A stretch of 64,000 bases of DNA from NCBI GenBank assembly GCA_016929395.1, contig JAFGIX010000069.1, positions 4,986 through 68,985 on the forward strand, read 5' to 3'. Shown piece after piece: positions 8,837-19,687 of this stretch; position 1 is the first letter of the stretch; the number at the start of each line of letters is the position of its first letter. This DNA is from Candidatus Zymogenus saltonus (lineage in GTDB: Bacteria; Desulfobacterota; Zymogenia; Zymogenales; Zymogenaceae). A program made the translations under genes and the position numbers. Below the pieces are notes generated by a model that saw only the letters and a program-made list of their open reading frames with translations, did no database searches and was not told the origin of the DNA.

Positions 8837-9685
8837 TCACTCCGCCGCCGTCACGCACCTAAACCCGACGTTTCCAAAGCGCGCCTTCAGGTTGGCCGGA
8901 TGGGCAAGGGAGACCCCGATTTCATCCTCGCCTGTAAGGTAGCTTCCTCCCATCAATGTTTTCAGGGGGTTGGTCAAAAAGGAGAGGGAGTTTATAAAGG
9001 GGACGAAGGAGAGAAAACCTGTCTTGCTTTCGTCTATTGTCCACTCCCAGGCGTTTCCGACAACGTCGTAGAGGCCGAACTCGTTGGGGGGGTAGCTCCC
9101 CACGGATCTTATCTCCCCCTTTTCTTTTGTGTGGAGCTTTTCGTTGGTGCGGTAGTTGGCCTTTTCGGGATCGATCTCGTCTCCCCAGGGGAATCTTGCA
9201 GTGCTATTGCCCCTTGCGGCGGCCTCCCACTGCTTCATGGTGGGGAGGGACTTCCCCTCCCATTTTGCGTAGGCCATCGCCCCCTCCCAGGAGACGGTGA
9301 CTACCGGGTGGTTTTCGTAGCCCTCGACGACGGAAAAGACGCCCTCCCCGCTGCCTTCGGCACTATTCTTTGTGATCTTGAACTCGGAGCCCTTGTCCGT
9401 ATTCACCCAGAGGAGCCAGCCTTCCTTTACCTCCGGATATACGGCGTTCAGGAAGCGGGCGAATTTCTCATTCGTCACCTCGAAGGTGTCGATGTAGAAG
9501 GGATCGAGCTCGACGATCTTCTCTTTATCGGGATCGCCGCAGCTCATTGTGTAGCTCCCGCCGGGGATCAGCGCCATTGATTCGGCGTCAGGCGCAGGGG
9601 CGGCCGTGTCTTGAAAGGCGAAGGAGTATGAGAAAAGAAGAAGCGGTAAAAATATAAGGCCGAAAATTTTTATATATCTCTCCAT
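8837..9685 (-). CDS. formylglycine-generating enzyme (FGE/SUMF1) family protein, secreted
   Basis: Signal peptide present. FGE-family motifs GNAWEWT and GFRCV are present. Confidence 0.85.
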   Translation of the reverse strand: MERYIKIFGLIFLPLLLFSYSFAFQDTAAPAPDAESMALIPGGSYTMSCGDPDKEKIVELDPFYIDTFEVTNEKFARFLNAVYPEVKEGWLLWVNTDKGSEFKITKNSAEGSGEGVFSVVEGYENHPVVTVSWEGAMAYAKWEGKSLPTMKQWEAAARGNSTARFPWGDEIDPEKANYRTNEKLHTKEKGEIRSVGSYPPNEFGLYDVVGNAWEWTIDESKTGFLSFVPFINSLSFLTNPLKTLMGGSYLTGEDEIGVSLAHPANLKARFGNVGFRCVTAAE

Positions 9686-9794
9686 GGATTCCCTCCTGAA
9701 ATTCGATATTATATATATACAGGTTCCTTTCGGATTTTACAAGCTTTTTCATTTTTTTGTTGACTTATTTACAATCCACCATAAAATCGATGCT

Positions 9795-10547
9795 ATGAAG
9801 GTTCAGGTCTTGGGATCGGGGACGATCGTCCCCTCGGCTTTCCGGTCGGCGGCCGCCTATGCGGTGACGATAGGAGAACGAACGATTCTTCTCGACATGG
9901 GGCCGGGGCTCTTGAGGAGGATGGCCGAGGCGGGGATAGAGATCAACGGTGTGGACATGGTCTTTTTAAGCCACTTCCACCCGGATCATATCGGCGACTT
10001 CGTCCCTTTCGTATTCGCATCGAAATACCAGATCGGCCCGGCGAGGGAGAAAGACCTCACGATCCTGGCGGGCGTCGGGTTCGGCGAATTATACAACGGG
10101 CTGGTCGAGGTGTACGGGAAGTGGATTATTCCGGAGAGCTATGAGATACATATAGAGGAGATGGGGGTGGAGGTAAGGGAGTTCGACCGTTTTTCCGTAT
10201 CGACGACGAGGACGAACCACAATCCTGAAAGCATAGCGGTGAGGATTGATTCGGAGGGGCGGTCCCTCGTCTACACCGGAGACACCGACCTGTCCGAGAG
10301 CCTGATAGAGATCTCCGAGGGGGCGGATCTCCTTATCATCGAAACCTCCTTCCCGGACGGCATGAAGGTGCCGGGGCACCTGACGCCCGGCGAGGCGGCC
10401 GGGATCGCGGCCAGGGCGAAAGTGAAGAGGGTCATGCCGACCCATTTCTACCCGCCGATGGAGGATGTTGATTTGGCAGGCGCCTTCGGCGGGAGCTTTG
10501 AAGGGGAGGTGATCAGGCCCCGAGACCTGATGGTCATAGACATCTGA
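9795..10547 (+). CDS. MBL-fold metallo-hydrolase
   Basis: SHFHPDHIGD (HxHxDH) motif. Start placed at MKVQVLGSG rather than the upstream in-frame extension. Confidence 0.8.
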   Translation: MKVQVLGSGTIVPSAFRSAAAYAVTIGERTILLDMGPGLLRRMAEAGIEINGVDMVFLSHFHPDHIGDFVPFVFASKYQIGPAREKDLTILAGVGFGELYNGLVEVYGKWIIPESYEIHIEEMGVEVREFDRFSVSTTRTNHNPESIAVRIDSEGRSLVYTGDTDLSESLIEISEGADLLIIETSFPDGMKVPGHLTPGEAAGIAARAKVKRVMPTHFYPPMEDVDLAGAFGGSFEGEVIRPRDLMVIDI

Positions 10548-10761
10548 CCTTTATATACTAAGTTTTTAAAACCGATGAAATATCGATTTTGCATATTAAA
10601 TATCCCGGATTTTCCCTTTGGAGCTGCGATTCTCCCCCTTTTTCCACCTTTTCGTCTAAATAGCTTGTCAAGACCTTACTAATTGATATAATAGATACTT
10701 TAAATATTGGATAATGTTGTTTAAGCACCGGTTTTTCCAAGGTTAAAGAGGGGGTCTTTAA

Positions 10762-11682
10762 GTGCTTTTCCTGACGCTTCTCGTCCTTTCCATAGCGCCC
10801 GGGATATCGATACTCTGGTACGTCTACAACAAGGACAAGTACGAGAAGGAACCTAAAAAGCTTGTCGTTAAGACATTCATTTTGGGCGCCTGTTTTACCA
10901 TACCGGCGGGGCTTCTGGAGGTTGCAATCCAGTCGATTACCGGGATAAGGATGGAGGGGAGTCTCGTACAGGGATTTATAGGGGCCTTCTTCTTCGTGGC
11001 TCCCATAGAGGAGTACGCCAAATACCTCGCGATAAGGATAAAGGCGTTTAGGTCAAGCGAGATGAACGAGGTTATGGACGGGATAGTCTACGGGGTCGCG
11101 GCGGCTATGGGATTTGCGACCCTGGAGAATATCGCATACGTGTTTCAGCACGGGATCGGAACGGGGGTGATGAGAGCCTTTCTCTCTGTTCCGGGCCACG
11201 GGATAGAGGGGGCCATCATCGGCTATTACCTCGGTCTGGGGAAGTTCAACCCAAAATCACTGAGAAGAAATACTCTAACCGGCCTGACAATCGCCATTTT
11301 CTTCCACGGGACGTTCGACTTCTTCGCATTTTCCGGGTCCGCCCTGGCGATATTTATAATCCCCCTTATCTTCTTCATGTACCTGTCGTTCAGAAAGAGG
11401 GTCCGTCTCGCCCTGAAGAATTCCCGATTCAGGGACGGCAGGGACACGGAGGAGTTCCCGACGAAGGTGATAAAGATGACCACAAAGGGCGTTGTCAAGA
11501 TTATTTTCGGGATCTTTTTTATATCATTTTCGGCTCTCATCCTGATCGGCTCCATCGCCGCCGCATCCGAGGGGGATTGGGACGCGGCGGAGTACGGCTT
11601 TTCGATATTCTTTACCGTTATCCCCACCGTGGTCGGGACTTTGCTTATTTTTTCCTCGAGGAAGGACAGGGTGGAGGCTTGA
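10762..11682 (+). CDS. PrsW-family intramembrane metalloprotease
   Basis: Multi-TM protein with EEYAKY and FHGTFDF motifs characteristic of PrsW. GTG start. Confidence 0.7.
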   Translation: MLFLTLLVLSIAPGISILWYVYNKDKYEKEPKKLVVKTFILGACFTIPAGLLEVAIQSITGIRMEGSLVQGFIGAFFFVAPIEEYAKYLAIRIKAFRSSEMNEVMDGIVYGVAAAMGFATLENIAYVFQHGIGTGVMRAFLSVPGHGIEGAIIGYYLGLGKFNPKSLRRNTLTGLTIAIFFHGTFDFFAFSGSALAIFIIPLIFFMYLSFRKRVRLALKNSRFRDGRDTEEFPTKVIKMTTKGVVKIIFGIFFISFSALILIGSIAAASEGDWDAAEYGFSIFFTVIPTVVGTLLIFSSRKDRVEA

Positions 11683-11766
11683 GCCGCGGCCGGGGGTCTT
11701 TTAAGCTTTTAGCGCTCCGAACCATTCTGAGATTGTTAAAGAGAAGCGGTTTTTTACAATATAGAT

Positions 11767-12354
11767 TTGTATCATATGAAAAATTTTAAAAAAAATGTAA
11801 ATAGCTCTATGTTAGACGCGCTTTTCAGAACAGGTTTTAAAACGCTATTGATCCTGATTTCGGCCGTCTTTCTGTCCGCCTGCATGGTGCTCCCGGGGCG
11901 GGTTTCTGGAAACGCAATCGTCTCGGAGAGATACGACTTCAGCCTGGATATCCCGGACTGTGACTTCGAGGCGAAATATGCAAAGGATATCCCCCTTATC
12001 TTCATCAATCCCGAGACGGGGGCGACCGTCACCGTCACGGTGTCCGATGACGTTTACGGCGGCAAGATGAGCGGTGATGGAGATTTGGCTCTCGAGTACA
12101 TTGCGAGGGGGCTCTTCCTCTACGTAAAAAATAAAAAGTATATCGAGTCCCGAAAGTCGACCCTGGGGGGGGACGAGGCCTGGCATCTCAAGCTTTCGGG
12201 GGAGTTTAAGGAGGTGCCCCTAATATTTTCAACATACGTTTCAAGGCACAACAAAAAAATATACGACGTGACCCTCTTTTCCTCCCCTGAGGATTTTGAT
12301 AGCTCATACGTTTTATTTACGAAGATTGTAGACAGCTTCAAGTTTAAGGACTGA
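11767..12354 (+). CDS. hypothetical lipoprotein
   Basis: Signal peptide with lipobox (LSAC). No other motif recognised. Confidence 0.55.
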   Translation: MYHMKNFKKNVNSSMLDALFRTGFKTLLILISAVFLSACMVLPGRVSGNAIVSERYDFSLDIPDCDFEAKYAKDIPLIFINPETGATVTVTVSDDVYGGKMSGDGDLALEYIARGLFLYVKNKKYIESRKSTLGGDEAWHLKLSGEFKEVPLIFSTYVSRHNKKIYDVTLFSSPEDFDSSYVLFTKIVDSFKFKD

Positions 12355-12362
12355 AGGGTTAA

Positions 12363-13142
12363 ATGAAGGAATTTTTTGAGACATTGGGAAAGTGGTTCAT
12401 AAAGGCCATGCTCTACCTCGAGGGAACTACAAGGCTCACCTTGGAGGCGGGGAAGGTGCTCTTGACTCCCCCCTTGAATCTCCGCTCGGCCGTCGACCAG
12501 ATCGAATATATAGGGATAAAGTCGATGCTGATCGCCCTCATAACGGCGCTCTTTACGGGGGCGGTAATGGCGCTGCAGATGGCCTTTGCGCTTAAGAGGT
12601 TCGGGGCGGCCGATTTTGCCGCAAACGTCCTGGCCGTGTCGCTGGTCAGGGAGCTGGGTCCCGTCCTCACGGGGCTTTTAGTGGGAGGAAGGGTGGGCGC
12701 CGGGATCACCGCGGAGGTGGGCTCCATGCAGGTGACCGAGCAGATAGACGCGATAAAGGCGCTGGGGGCCGATCCGGTAAGGGAGCTCGTGGTCCCCAAG
12801 ACCTTGGCCTGCATGATAGTCCTTCCCATCCTTACGGTATACGCCGATATCGTGGGAATTCTCTCCGGGATGGTCGTTACCGTAATAGAGCTGGGGGTGG
12901 AGCCGGTCAAGTATCTTGATCAGGTCGTCAATGTGCTGACGATAAGCGACTTTATCGGCGGGCTTGGGAAATCCTTCTTCTTCGGAATAATAATAGGGAT
13001 CGTCGGGTGCTACCGCGGCTTCACAACCACCGGCGGGACCGTGGGAGTCGGAGTTGCCACGACATCTTCGGTCGTAACGATCTCCCTGTCGATACTTGTG
13101 GCGGACTTCTTTCTAACGAAATTATTTATGCTCCTGTTTTAG
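12363..13142 (+). CDS. mlaE: MlaE-family ABC transporter permease
   Basis: Characteristic MlaE TM protein (LVRELGPVLTGLLVGGRVGAGITAEVGSMQVTEQIDA). Confidence 0.9.
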   Translation: MKEFFETLGKWFIKAMLYLEGTTRLTLEAGKVLLTPPLNLRSAVDQIEYIGIKSMLIALITALFTGAVMALQMAFALKRFGAADFAANVLAVSLVRELGPVLTGLLVGGRVGAGITAEVGSMQVTEQIDAIKALGADPVRELVVPKTLACMIVLPILTVYADIVGILSGMVVTVIELGVEPVKYLDQVVNVLTISDFIGGLGKSFFFGIIIGIVGCYRGFTTTGGTVGVGVATTSSVVTISLSILVADFFLTKLFMLLF

Positions 13143-13152
13143 CGGAGAAGAA

Positions 13153-13893
13153 ATGTCGTTTATAGTCTACAGAGGAATAGAGAAGGCGTTCGATGAGAAG
13201 GTTATATACCGGGGGCTCGACCTCTCCATCAACAGAGGGGAAACGATAACCATAATCGGCGGCAGCGGATCGGGCAAGAGCGTGCTGCTCAAGATGATGA
13301 TAGGCCTGATAATGCCGGACAGGGGGGAGATAATTGTCGACAAGACGAACATCGTCGAACTCTCAAAGGAGGAGCTCGTAAAGGTGCGGAGCAGGATAGG
13401 GATGCTATTTCAGGGGGGCGCTCTCTTCGATTCGATAAACGTCGGGGAGAACGTTGCCTACGGCCTAAAGATGCACACGGAGATGTCGGATAAGAAGATA
13501 GAAAAGAAGGTCTCCCGCTGTCTTGAAATGGTGGGGCTTTCCGGAATCGAGGGGATGATGCCGGTAGACCTGTCGGGGGGGATGAAAAAGAGGGTGGCCT
13601 TGGCCCGCGCCATCGCCTACGACCCGGAGATCATCCTCTACGACGAGCCCACGACGGGGCTCGACCCGACAAATGCAAACAGGATCAACAACCTGATAAT
13701 AGAGATGCAAAAACTGCTCAAGGTGACGTCTGTTGTGGTAACCCACGATATGAACTCGGCCTTTTCCGTCTCCGACAGGATGGCCATGCTCTACAGGGGA
13801 AAGATAGAGGTCGTGGGGACGACAAATGAAATCAAAAAGTCGAAAGAACCGCTGGTCAACGACTTTATTCGTGGAAATATTGGAGAGCTCTAA
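13153..13893 (+). CDS. mlaF: MlaF-type ABC transporter ATP-binding protein
   Basis: Walker A GGSGSGKS and ABC signature LSGGMKKRVALARA. Confidence 0.9.
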   Translation: MSFIVYRGIEKAFDEKVIYRGLDLSINRGETITIIGGSGSGKSVLLKMMIGLIMPDRGEIIVDKTNIVELSKEELVKVRSRIGMLFQGGALFDSINVGENVAYGLKMHTEMSDKKIEKKVSRCLEMVGLSGIEGMMPVDLSGGMKKRVALARAIAYDPEIILYDEPTTGLDPTNANRINNLIIEMQKLLKVTSVVVTHDMNSAFSVSDRMAMLYRGKIEVVGTTNEIKKSKEPLVNDFIRGNIGEL

Positions 13894-13905
13894 AGGAGGC
13901 TTCTT

Positions 13906-14769
13906 ATGGCAAAGAAGACTATACAGGAAATAAGGGTGGGTCTGTTTATCTTCGTGGGCCTTGCCCTCGCGTTCATCTTGGTTTTTTCCATCGGGAGCGA
14001 AAAACACCTCTTCGAGGAACAATACACCCTTTACGCCCACTTCAAGGACGTGGGGGGGCTGAGGGCCGGGGCCCCGGTGAGGCTCGCCGGGGTGGATGTG
14101 GGCACCGTTTCGGTGGTGTCGTTTCCGACAGATCTCGAAAAGAAACTGATAGACGTTGAGCTAAAGATAAATACGGACGTGAAAAAGAGGATAAGGGCCG
14201 ACAGCGTGGCCAGCATAAAGACGAAGGGGGTTCTGGGGGATAAATACATCGCTGTTACCATGGGGAGTCCCGCTGAAAAGATGTTGACGAACGGCGAGCG
14301 TCTTGAGTCGGAAGAATCGGTGGAGCTCTTCAACTATCTGGAGCGCGCGGACAAGATCGTAGACAACACGCTTTCCATCACCGAGTCCCTGGACACGTTT
14401 CTCAAACCGATCAAGGACAAGAAATCGGGTGAAAACGTCGCCAGAATACTCAAATCGGCCGATGAAATCGTAACCGAGGTAAAGGAAGGGGAGGGATCGC
14501 TCCACACCATCATATACGGGGGGAAGGAAGAGACGGCCGATACCATAAGCAACCTCGATGCCTCCCTGGTAAGCCTAAGGAGCATACTGGAGAAGGTGGA
14601 CAAGGGTGAGGGGACTCTCGGGGCGCTTGTAAATGACCCGACCGCCTACGAGGATCTGAAGATACTCCTGGGGGGGGCGAACCGGAGCAAGGTGATCAAG
14701 TCCGTTGTGAATTACAGCATTCAGAAGAAGAAAAGGGAAATAGAAAGGGAGGAGAAAAAGGATAAATGA
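13906..14769 (+). CDS. mlaD: MlaD/MCE-domain protein
   Basis: N-terminal TM followed by an MCE domain (RAGAPVRLAGVDVGTV). Confidence 0.85.
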   Translation: MAKKTIQEIRVGLFIFVGLALAFILVFSIGSEKHLFEEQYTLYAHFKDVGGLRAGAPVRLAGVDVGTVSVVSFPTDLEKKLIDVELKINTDVKKRIRADSVASIKTKGVLGDKYIAVTMGSPAEKMLTNGERLESEESVELFNYLERADKIVDNTLSITESLDTFLKPIKDKKSGENVARILKSADEIVTEVKEGEGSLHTIIYGGKEETADTISNLDASLVSLRSILEKVDKGEGTLGALVNDPTAYEDLKILLGGANRSKVIKSVVNYSIQKKKREIEREEKKDK

Positions 14770-15275
14770 CGGCAGATATTTTAAAGGGGAGGGCCTTTGT
14801 GTTCGGTGACGACATCTCCACCGACCACATCGCCCCCGGAAGACATTTCCATTTAAGGTCAAACCTCCCGGAGCTCGCAAAGCACGTTTTGGAGGACGTG
14901 TACCCCGGTTTCCATGAAAAGATCTCCACCGGCGACTTCATCGTTGCCGGAAACAACTTCGGCCTCGGGTCTTCCAGAGAGCACGCCCCGAGGATAATCA
15001 AACTTGCCGGGGTGGGGGCGGTGATCGCCAAGTCGTTTGCCAGGATATTTTTCAGAAACGCCATAAACGTGGGGCTCCCCGTGATTATGGCCGATACGGG
15101 AAACATCAAGGAGGGGGATGAGATCGAGGTGGACCTTAACAGCGGGATCGTAAGGGACATAACGGTCGGTTTCGAGCTCGAGTTCCCGCCCCTTCCCGAT
15201 GTCATGCAGACGATCCTGAGAGACGGCGGGCTGGTCGACCATATAAACAAGCACGGGGATATCAAGACCGGATAG
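14766..15275 (+). CDS. LeuD-family (3-isopropylmalate/homoaconitate dehydratase small subunit-like) protein
   Basis: GLGSSREHAP and FARIFFRNAINVGLP motifs. Overlaps the mlaD stop by 4 nt. No large subunit in the window. Confidence 0.8.
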   Translation: MTADILKGRAFVFGDDISTDHIAPGRHFHLRSNLPELAKHVLEDVYPGFHEKISTGDFIVAGNNFGLGSSREHAPRIIKLAGVGAVIAKSFARIFFRNAINVGLPVIMADTGNIKEGDEIEVDLNSGIVRDITVGFELEFPPLPDVMQTILRDGGLVDHINKHGDIKTG

Positions 15276-15385
15276 GGATAGGATTTTTTGTCGGGCGGGG
15301 TTTGCGATCTTATCCAAGATGGCTGTCGGGTTTCCTGTTTTTATAAATTTAAAAGAACAACGCTGCAGAAAGGACGAAGCACAGT

Positions 15386-16624
15386 ATGTCCAAGACCTAT
15401 TTCAATTTGCCCCCATTGGGAGGCAAAATAGAGATTACTACCGACGGGGACCTTATCGTCCCCGATGACCCGATCATACCTTATATTGAGGGGGACGGCA
15501 TCGGCCCCGACATATGGAAGGCCGCGGTCCTCGTGTTCGACGAGGCGGTGATGCTCGCCTACAAGGGCGACAGGGAGATTAAGTGGTTCGAGGTATTGGC
15601 CGGGGAAAAGGCCAACGAGCACTGCGGGGAGTGGCTGCCGCAGGAGACCTTCGATGCCATAGAGAAGTATCGGGTGGCGATAAAGGGCCCACTGACCACT
15701 CCAATCGGCGGCGGGATAAGGAGCCTTAACGTGACGCTGCGCCAAAAGCTCGACCTCTACGCATGCATCAGGCCGGTCAAGTATATCCCAGGGGTGCCGT
15801 CGCCCGTCAAGGAGCCGGAAAAGGTGGACATGATCATCTTCAGGGAAAATATGGAGGACGTCTACGCCGGGATAGAGTGGAGCGGCTCCTCGGATGAGGC
15901 GAAGAGGCTTATATCGATCCTCGACAAGAGCTTCGGCGTCAAGATCCCGGAAGGCTCCGGCGTAGGGATAAAGCCTATCAGCGAGGGGGGCACCAAACGC
16001 CTTGTGAGAAGGGCCATTAAGTACGCCCTCGAAAATGATAAAGAGAGCGTGACCCTGGTCCACAAGGGGAACATCATGAAGTTCACCGAGGGCGCCTTTC
16101 GGGACTGGGGCTACGAGCTGGCAAAAGAGGAGTTCGACGACGTGACGGTAACAGAGTCGGAGCTCGACGGCGAGCTTCCCCCGGGGAAGGTTCTCATCAA
16201 GGACAGGATAGCGGACGCGATGTTTCAGCAGGTCCTCCTGAGGCCCTCCGAATACTCAGTTATAGCGACCCCGAACCTCAACGGCGACTACCTCTCCGAC
16301 GCCCTGGCGGCCCAGATAGGGGGCCTTGGGATGGCGCCGGGGGGAAACGTGGGCGACCGGTGCGCCCTCTTCGAGGCGACCCACGGAACCGCCCCGAAGT
16401 ACGCAGGCCAGGACAAGGTTAATCCCGGCTCCCTCATCCTGTCGGGCGCTTTAATGCTCGATCATATGGGATGGACGGAGGCGGCCGAGAAGATCCACGC
16501 GGCCATTTCGAAGACGATCTCCCAGAAGAGGGTCACCTACGACCTGGAGAGACAGATGTACGGCGCGACCCTCCATTCCTGCTCCGGCTTTGCGGAGACG
16601 ATCGTAGAGAACATGGCGGAATAG
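15386..16624 (+). CDS. icd: NADP-dependent isocitrate dehydrogenase
   Basis: 412 aa with IDH family signatures throughout. Confidence 0.9.
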   Translation: MSKTYFNLPPLGGKIEITTDGDLIVPDDPIIPYIEGDGIGPDIWKAAVLVFDEAVMLAYKGDREIKWFEVLAGEKANEHCGEWLPQETFDAIEKYRVAIKGPLTTPIGGGIRSLNVTLRQKLDLYACIRPVKYIPGVPSPVKEPEKVDMIIFRENMEDVYAGIEWSGSSDEAKRLISILDKSFGVKIPEGSGVGIKPISEGGTKRLVRRAIKYALENDKESVTLVHKGNIMKFTEGAFRDWGYELAKEEFDDVTVTESELDGELPPGKVLIKDRIADAMFQQVLLRPSEYSVIATPNLNGDYLSDALAAQIGGLGMAPGGNVGDRCALFEATHGTAPKYAGQDKVNPGSLILSGALMLDHMGWTEAAEKIHAAISKTISQKRVTYDLERQMYGATLHSCSGFAETIVENMAE

Positions 16625-16802
16625 TAGACTTTTGTCCTTTGGATTGTGTTGTGTATTGCAGCCGGAAAGCGGATGAGAAGAGGGCGGATTACGCCTCGTG
16701 GGAGAAATTATTGAGTCGCCGTCCCGTTTTGGATGCAGGGAGGGACGGGGGAGTGGGAATTTGTAATGGAAAATCTTTATCGTATATAACGGGGAGGACA
16801 AA

Positions 16803-17735
16803 TTGCCTCGAAGACCTAAAATAGCGGTGGTAGGCGCCGGAAACGTGGGGCAGTCGGCCGCCCTCTTCATCGCCGAAAAGGAGCTGGGCGACGTCGTCCT
16901 CGTCGACATCGTCCCCGATATGCCGAGGGGGAAGGCGCTCGATATCCTCGAGGGCGCCCCTGTTGGATATTTCGACGTCGATGTCAGGGGGGAGAGCGAT
17001 ATGGGGGCTATCTCCGGCGCCGATCTTGTGATCGTCACTGCCGGCTCCGCCAGAAAGCCGGGCATGACGAGGGACGACCTCCTGGAGGTCAACGTCAAGG
17101 TGGTCAAGTCGATCGCCGAAAATATCAAAAAACACGCCCCGGAGGCGTTCGTAATCGTGGTGACCAATCCGTTGGATGTCATGGCCTGGGTGACAAAGGA
17201 GGTGACCGGCTTTGACCGGAGACGCGTCGTAGGGATGGCGGGGGTCCTTGACGGTTCGAGGTTCTCCGCCTTTATCGCAGAGGAGCTTAACGTCTCGGTG
17301 AAGGACGTTTCCGCGATGGTGATGGGGGGGCACGGCGACTCGATGGTGCCTATCGTCAGCTGCGCCTCGGTTTCGGGAATCCCAATAACTGAGCTTCTCC
17401 CCAGGGAGAAGATAGATAAGCTGATCGAGCGCACCCGCTTTGCCGGGGGGGAGATAGTGAAGCTTCTGGGGACGGGAAGCGCCTACGTATCCCCTGCCGC
17501 GTCTGCCGTGATGATGGCGGAGGCCTGCCTGAGGGATCAGAGGCGGATCGTCGCCGCCTCGGCCTGCCTCGAGGGTGAGTACGGGATCTCCGGGATATAT
17601 CTCGGCGTTCCGGTAAAGTTGTCAGGTTTGGGTGTCGAGGGCATCATCGAAATAAAGCTGACGGATAAGGAAAGGGAGATGCTTGCCGCCTCCGCCGAAG
17701 CGGTGAGGGACGAGATCAAGAAGGTAAAGCTGTGA
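16803..17735 (+). CDS. mdh: malate dehydrogenase (LDH-like)
   Basis: Rossmann GAGNVG, 310 aa, TTG start. Confidence 0.9.
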   Translation: MPRRPKIAVVGAGNVGQSAALFIAEKELGDVVLVDIVPDMPRGKALDILEGAPVGYFDVDVRGESDMGAISGADLVIVTAGSARKPGMTRDDLLEVNVKVVKSIAENIKKHAPEAFVIVVTNPLDVMAWVTKEVTGFDRRRVVGMAGVLDGSRFSAFIAEELNVSVKDVSAMVMGGHGDSMVPIVSCASVSGIPITELLPREKIDKLIERTRFAGGEIVKLLGTGSAYVSPAASAVMMAEACLRDQRRIVAASACLEGEYGISGIYLGVPVKLSGLGVEGIIEIKLTDKEREMLAASAEAVRDEIKKVKL

Positions 17736-17742
17736 GGGCAAT

Positions 17743-18582
17743 GTGAGGAGCCTGTCATACGATACGGTCGTTGGCGCGGTAAGAGAGCTCGTCGTCTCGG
17801 CGAACAGAAACCTCCCCGAAGACGTGATAAGGGCGGTCAAAAAGGCGCGGGAGATCGAGGAGTCGCCGAGGGGGGTTGAGGTCTTAGATGAGATCATCGA
17901 AAACGCGAGGATCGCAAAGGAGAGGGGGCTTCCCCTCTGTCAGGATACGGGAACGGCGGTTTTTTTCGTCGAGAGGGGGGAGGAGGTAACGGTTACCGGC
18001 CCCGGCCTCGAAAGGGCGATCTTTGAGGGGGTGAGGCTCGGCTACACCGAGGGAAATCTCAGAAAATCCACCGCCCACCCCTTGACGAGGGAGAACGTGG
18101 GGGACAACACTCCCCCAACGATCCACATAACGATAGTACATGGGGATAAACTGAAGCTCTCCTTTCTCGCCAAGGGGGGCGGGGCGGAAAACATGAGCAG
18201 GCTCTTTATGCTGTCGCCATCCGAGGGGGAGGAGGGCCTTATCGGGAGTGTTGTTGAGACGGTGGAGAAGGGAGGCGCGAAGGCCTGCCCGCCACTGATC
18301 GTGGGGGTGGGGCTCGGGGGCACGTTCGATACGGCGCCGATCTTGGCCAAGGGAGCTCTTTTGAGGGAGGTCGGCTCGGCCAACATGGATAAAAAGATCG
18401 CCGAGATGGAGGGGAAGATCCTAAAGGAGATTAACAAGCTGGGCATAGGCCCCATGGGCTACGGCGGTAGGGTCACGGCGCTCGCCGTCCATATCGAACT
18501 CCGCCCATGCCACATCGCGAGCCTGCCGGTGGCGGTGAACCTCCAGTGCCACTCCGCCCGCCACGGTGAGGTGGAGCTGTAA
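17743..18582 (+). CDS. Fe-S hydro-lyase (class I fumarate hydratase / tartrate dehydratase) alpha subunit
   Basis: LPLCQDTGTAVFF motif. GTG start 8 nt after the mdh stop. No beta subunit follows. Confidence 0.8.
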   Translation: MRSLSYDTVVGAVRELVVSANRNLPEDVIRAVKKAREIEESPRGVEVLDEIIENARIAKERGLPLCQDTGTAVFFVERGEEVTVTGPGLERAIFEGVRLGYTEGNLRKSTAHPLTRENVGDNTPPTIHITIVHGDKLKLSFLAKGGGAENMSRLFMLSPSEGEEGLIGSVVETVEKGGAKACPPLIVGVGLGGTFDTAPILAKGALLREVGSANMDKKIAEMEGKILKEINKLGIGPMGYGGRVTALAVHIELRPCHIASLPVAVNLQCHSARHGEVEL

Positions 18583-18595
18583 CCTGTTTTAATAA

Positions 18596-19687
18596 TCAGC
18601 TTGTTATTTTTTTGTTAGTAAGAAGACCCAGCGAGTTTAGTATTTCTTGTAATGATTCCAAGTTATTTATTGCAGATTGTAAATCCTCAACCCTTAAATA
18701 CTCAACCGATTTTCTAAAACCCTCTGATAAAGATGATATTTCATTTCTAAATTTCTCGATCTCCGTATCATTAGATACTATTATTACTTTCTGTATGCTC
18801 GGATCTCTATTTACAATCTTCTGTAAATTTAATATGGCTGAATCACGTCCCCCTCTACGGTGAACTTCAAAAGCATAAGCTATTATTCCCAAATTTGCAA
18901 TTCTACTTTTCCAAATAACATCGATTCTGCTACCGGCTGCTATTTTAATTTCTTTATCTACATCAAAACCAAGTCCGTCACCTAATTTTAAAACCAAGTC
19001 AACTACTTCATCATGATCAAAATCTTCTGAAACTTCTGAAACTAAAACATCACCTTCTTTTTTATCAGGTACATTCATACTAATATAATACAGGAGGAAA
19101 TCTAGATAGAAAAGGTCTTCAAATTCTTTGAATTCATTGATAATTTTATCTTTAACCGCATTTACCAAATCACAAAACAATTTATACTGTTTTCCACTTA
19201 TCGCCGCTGATTTTGGAAGCTCCTTTTCTGAAACACCCAGAGCAATTAAACCTTCTTTTGATCTTCTGTTGTAAATCGGATATTTACTGCTATCACTGTG
19301 GGTTAATATCTCTGAAACAGCGGCTGCCCCCATCATTCTGACATTTTTGATAATTAGATCAAAGCGTTTTTCAATAGGTTCATTGCTAAATAAAAGGTAA
19401 CCAAAGGAATCACGTATTTTTTGTATATCAGATTTGAGCATTTCTTGTAGGAGGTAATCTTTATTAGTCCAACTATTAAAAGCCCATAATTTGTGTATCA
19501 TCTCACGTAGTGTTCCCTCATCAAGTTTCAGTAATCCCTCTTTTGAGAAGTACTTTTTGAAAAATTTATTATTATATGTCCGTTCTTCTTCCCAAATTTT
19601 TCCTTCAGTTTCAATAAATTTCTTGAATTTGGGAATAACTTTTTTAATATACTCGGTATTTACATCAACCATTTTTTTAAATCGCAA
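18596..19687 (-). CDS. hypothetical protein on a strongly AT-rich foreign segment; C-terminal PD-(D/E)xK-like pattern, candidate orphan nuclease / defence gene
   Basis: 363-aa ORF with Lys/Ile/Asn-rich composition, unlike the flanking genes. C-terminal FDVD...IDVIW...AFEVH pattern. The start could be TTG 19687 or ATG 19672. Confidence 0.75.
   Translation of the reverse strand: MRFKKMVDVNTEYIKKVIPKFKKFIETEGKIWEEERTYNNKFFKKYFSKEGLLKLDEGTLREMIHKLWAFNSWTNKDYLLQEMLKSDIQKIRDSFGYLLFSNEPIEKRFDLIIKNVRMMGAAAVSEILTHSDSSKYPIYNRRSKEGLIALGVSEKELPKSAAISGKQYKLFCDLVNAVKDKIINEFKEFEDLFYLDFLLYYISMNVPDKKEGDVLVSEVSEDFDHDEVVDLVLKLGDGLGFDVDKEIKIAAGSRIDVIWKSRIANLGIIAYAFEVHRRGGRDSAILNLQKIVNRDPSIQKVIIVSNDTEIEKFRNEISSLSEGFRKSVEYLRVEDLQSAINNLESLQEILNSLGLLTNKKITS

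Noticed and set aside
9684-9794. Upstream in-frame extension of the MBL hydrolase ORF
   Set aside because: The extension is AT-rich and its codon usage differs from the gene body. The internal Met (MKVQVLGSG) gives a canonical MBL N-terminus.
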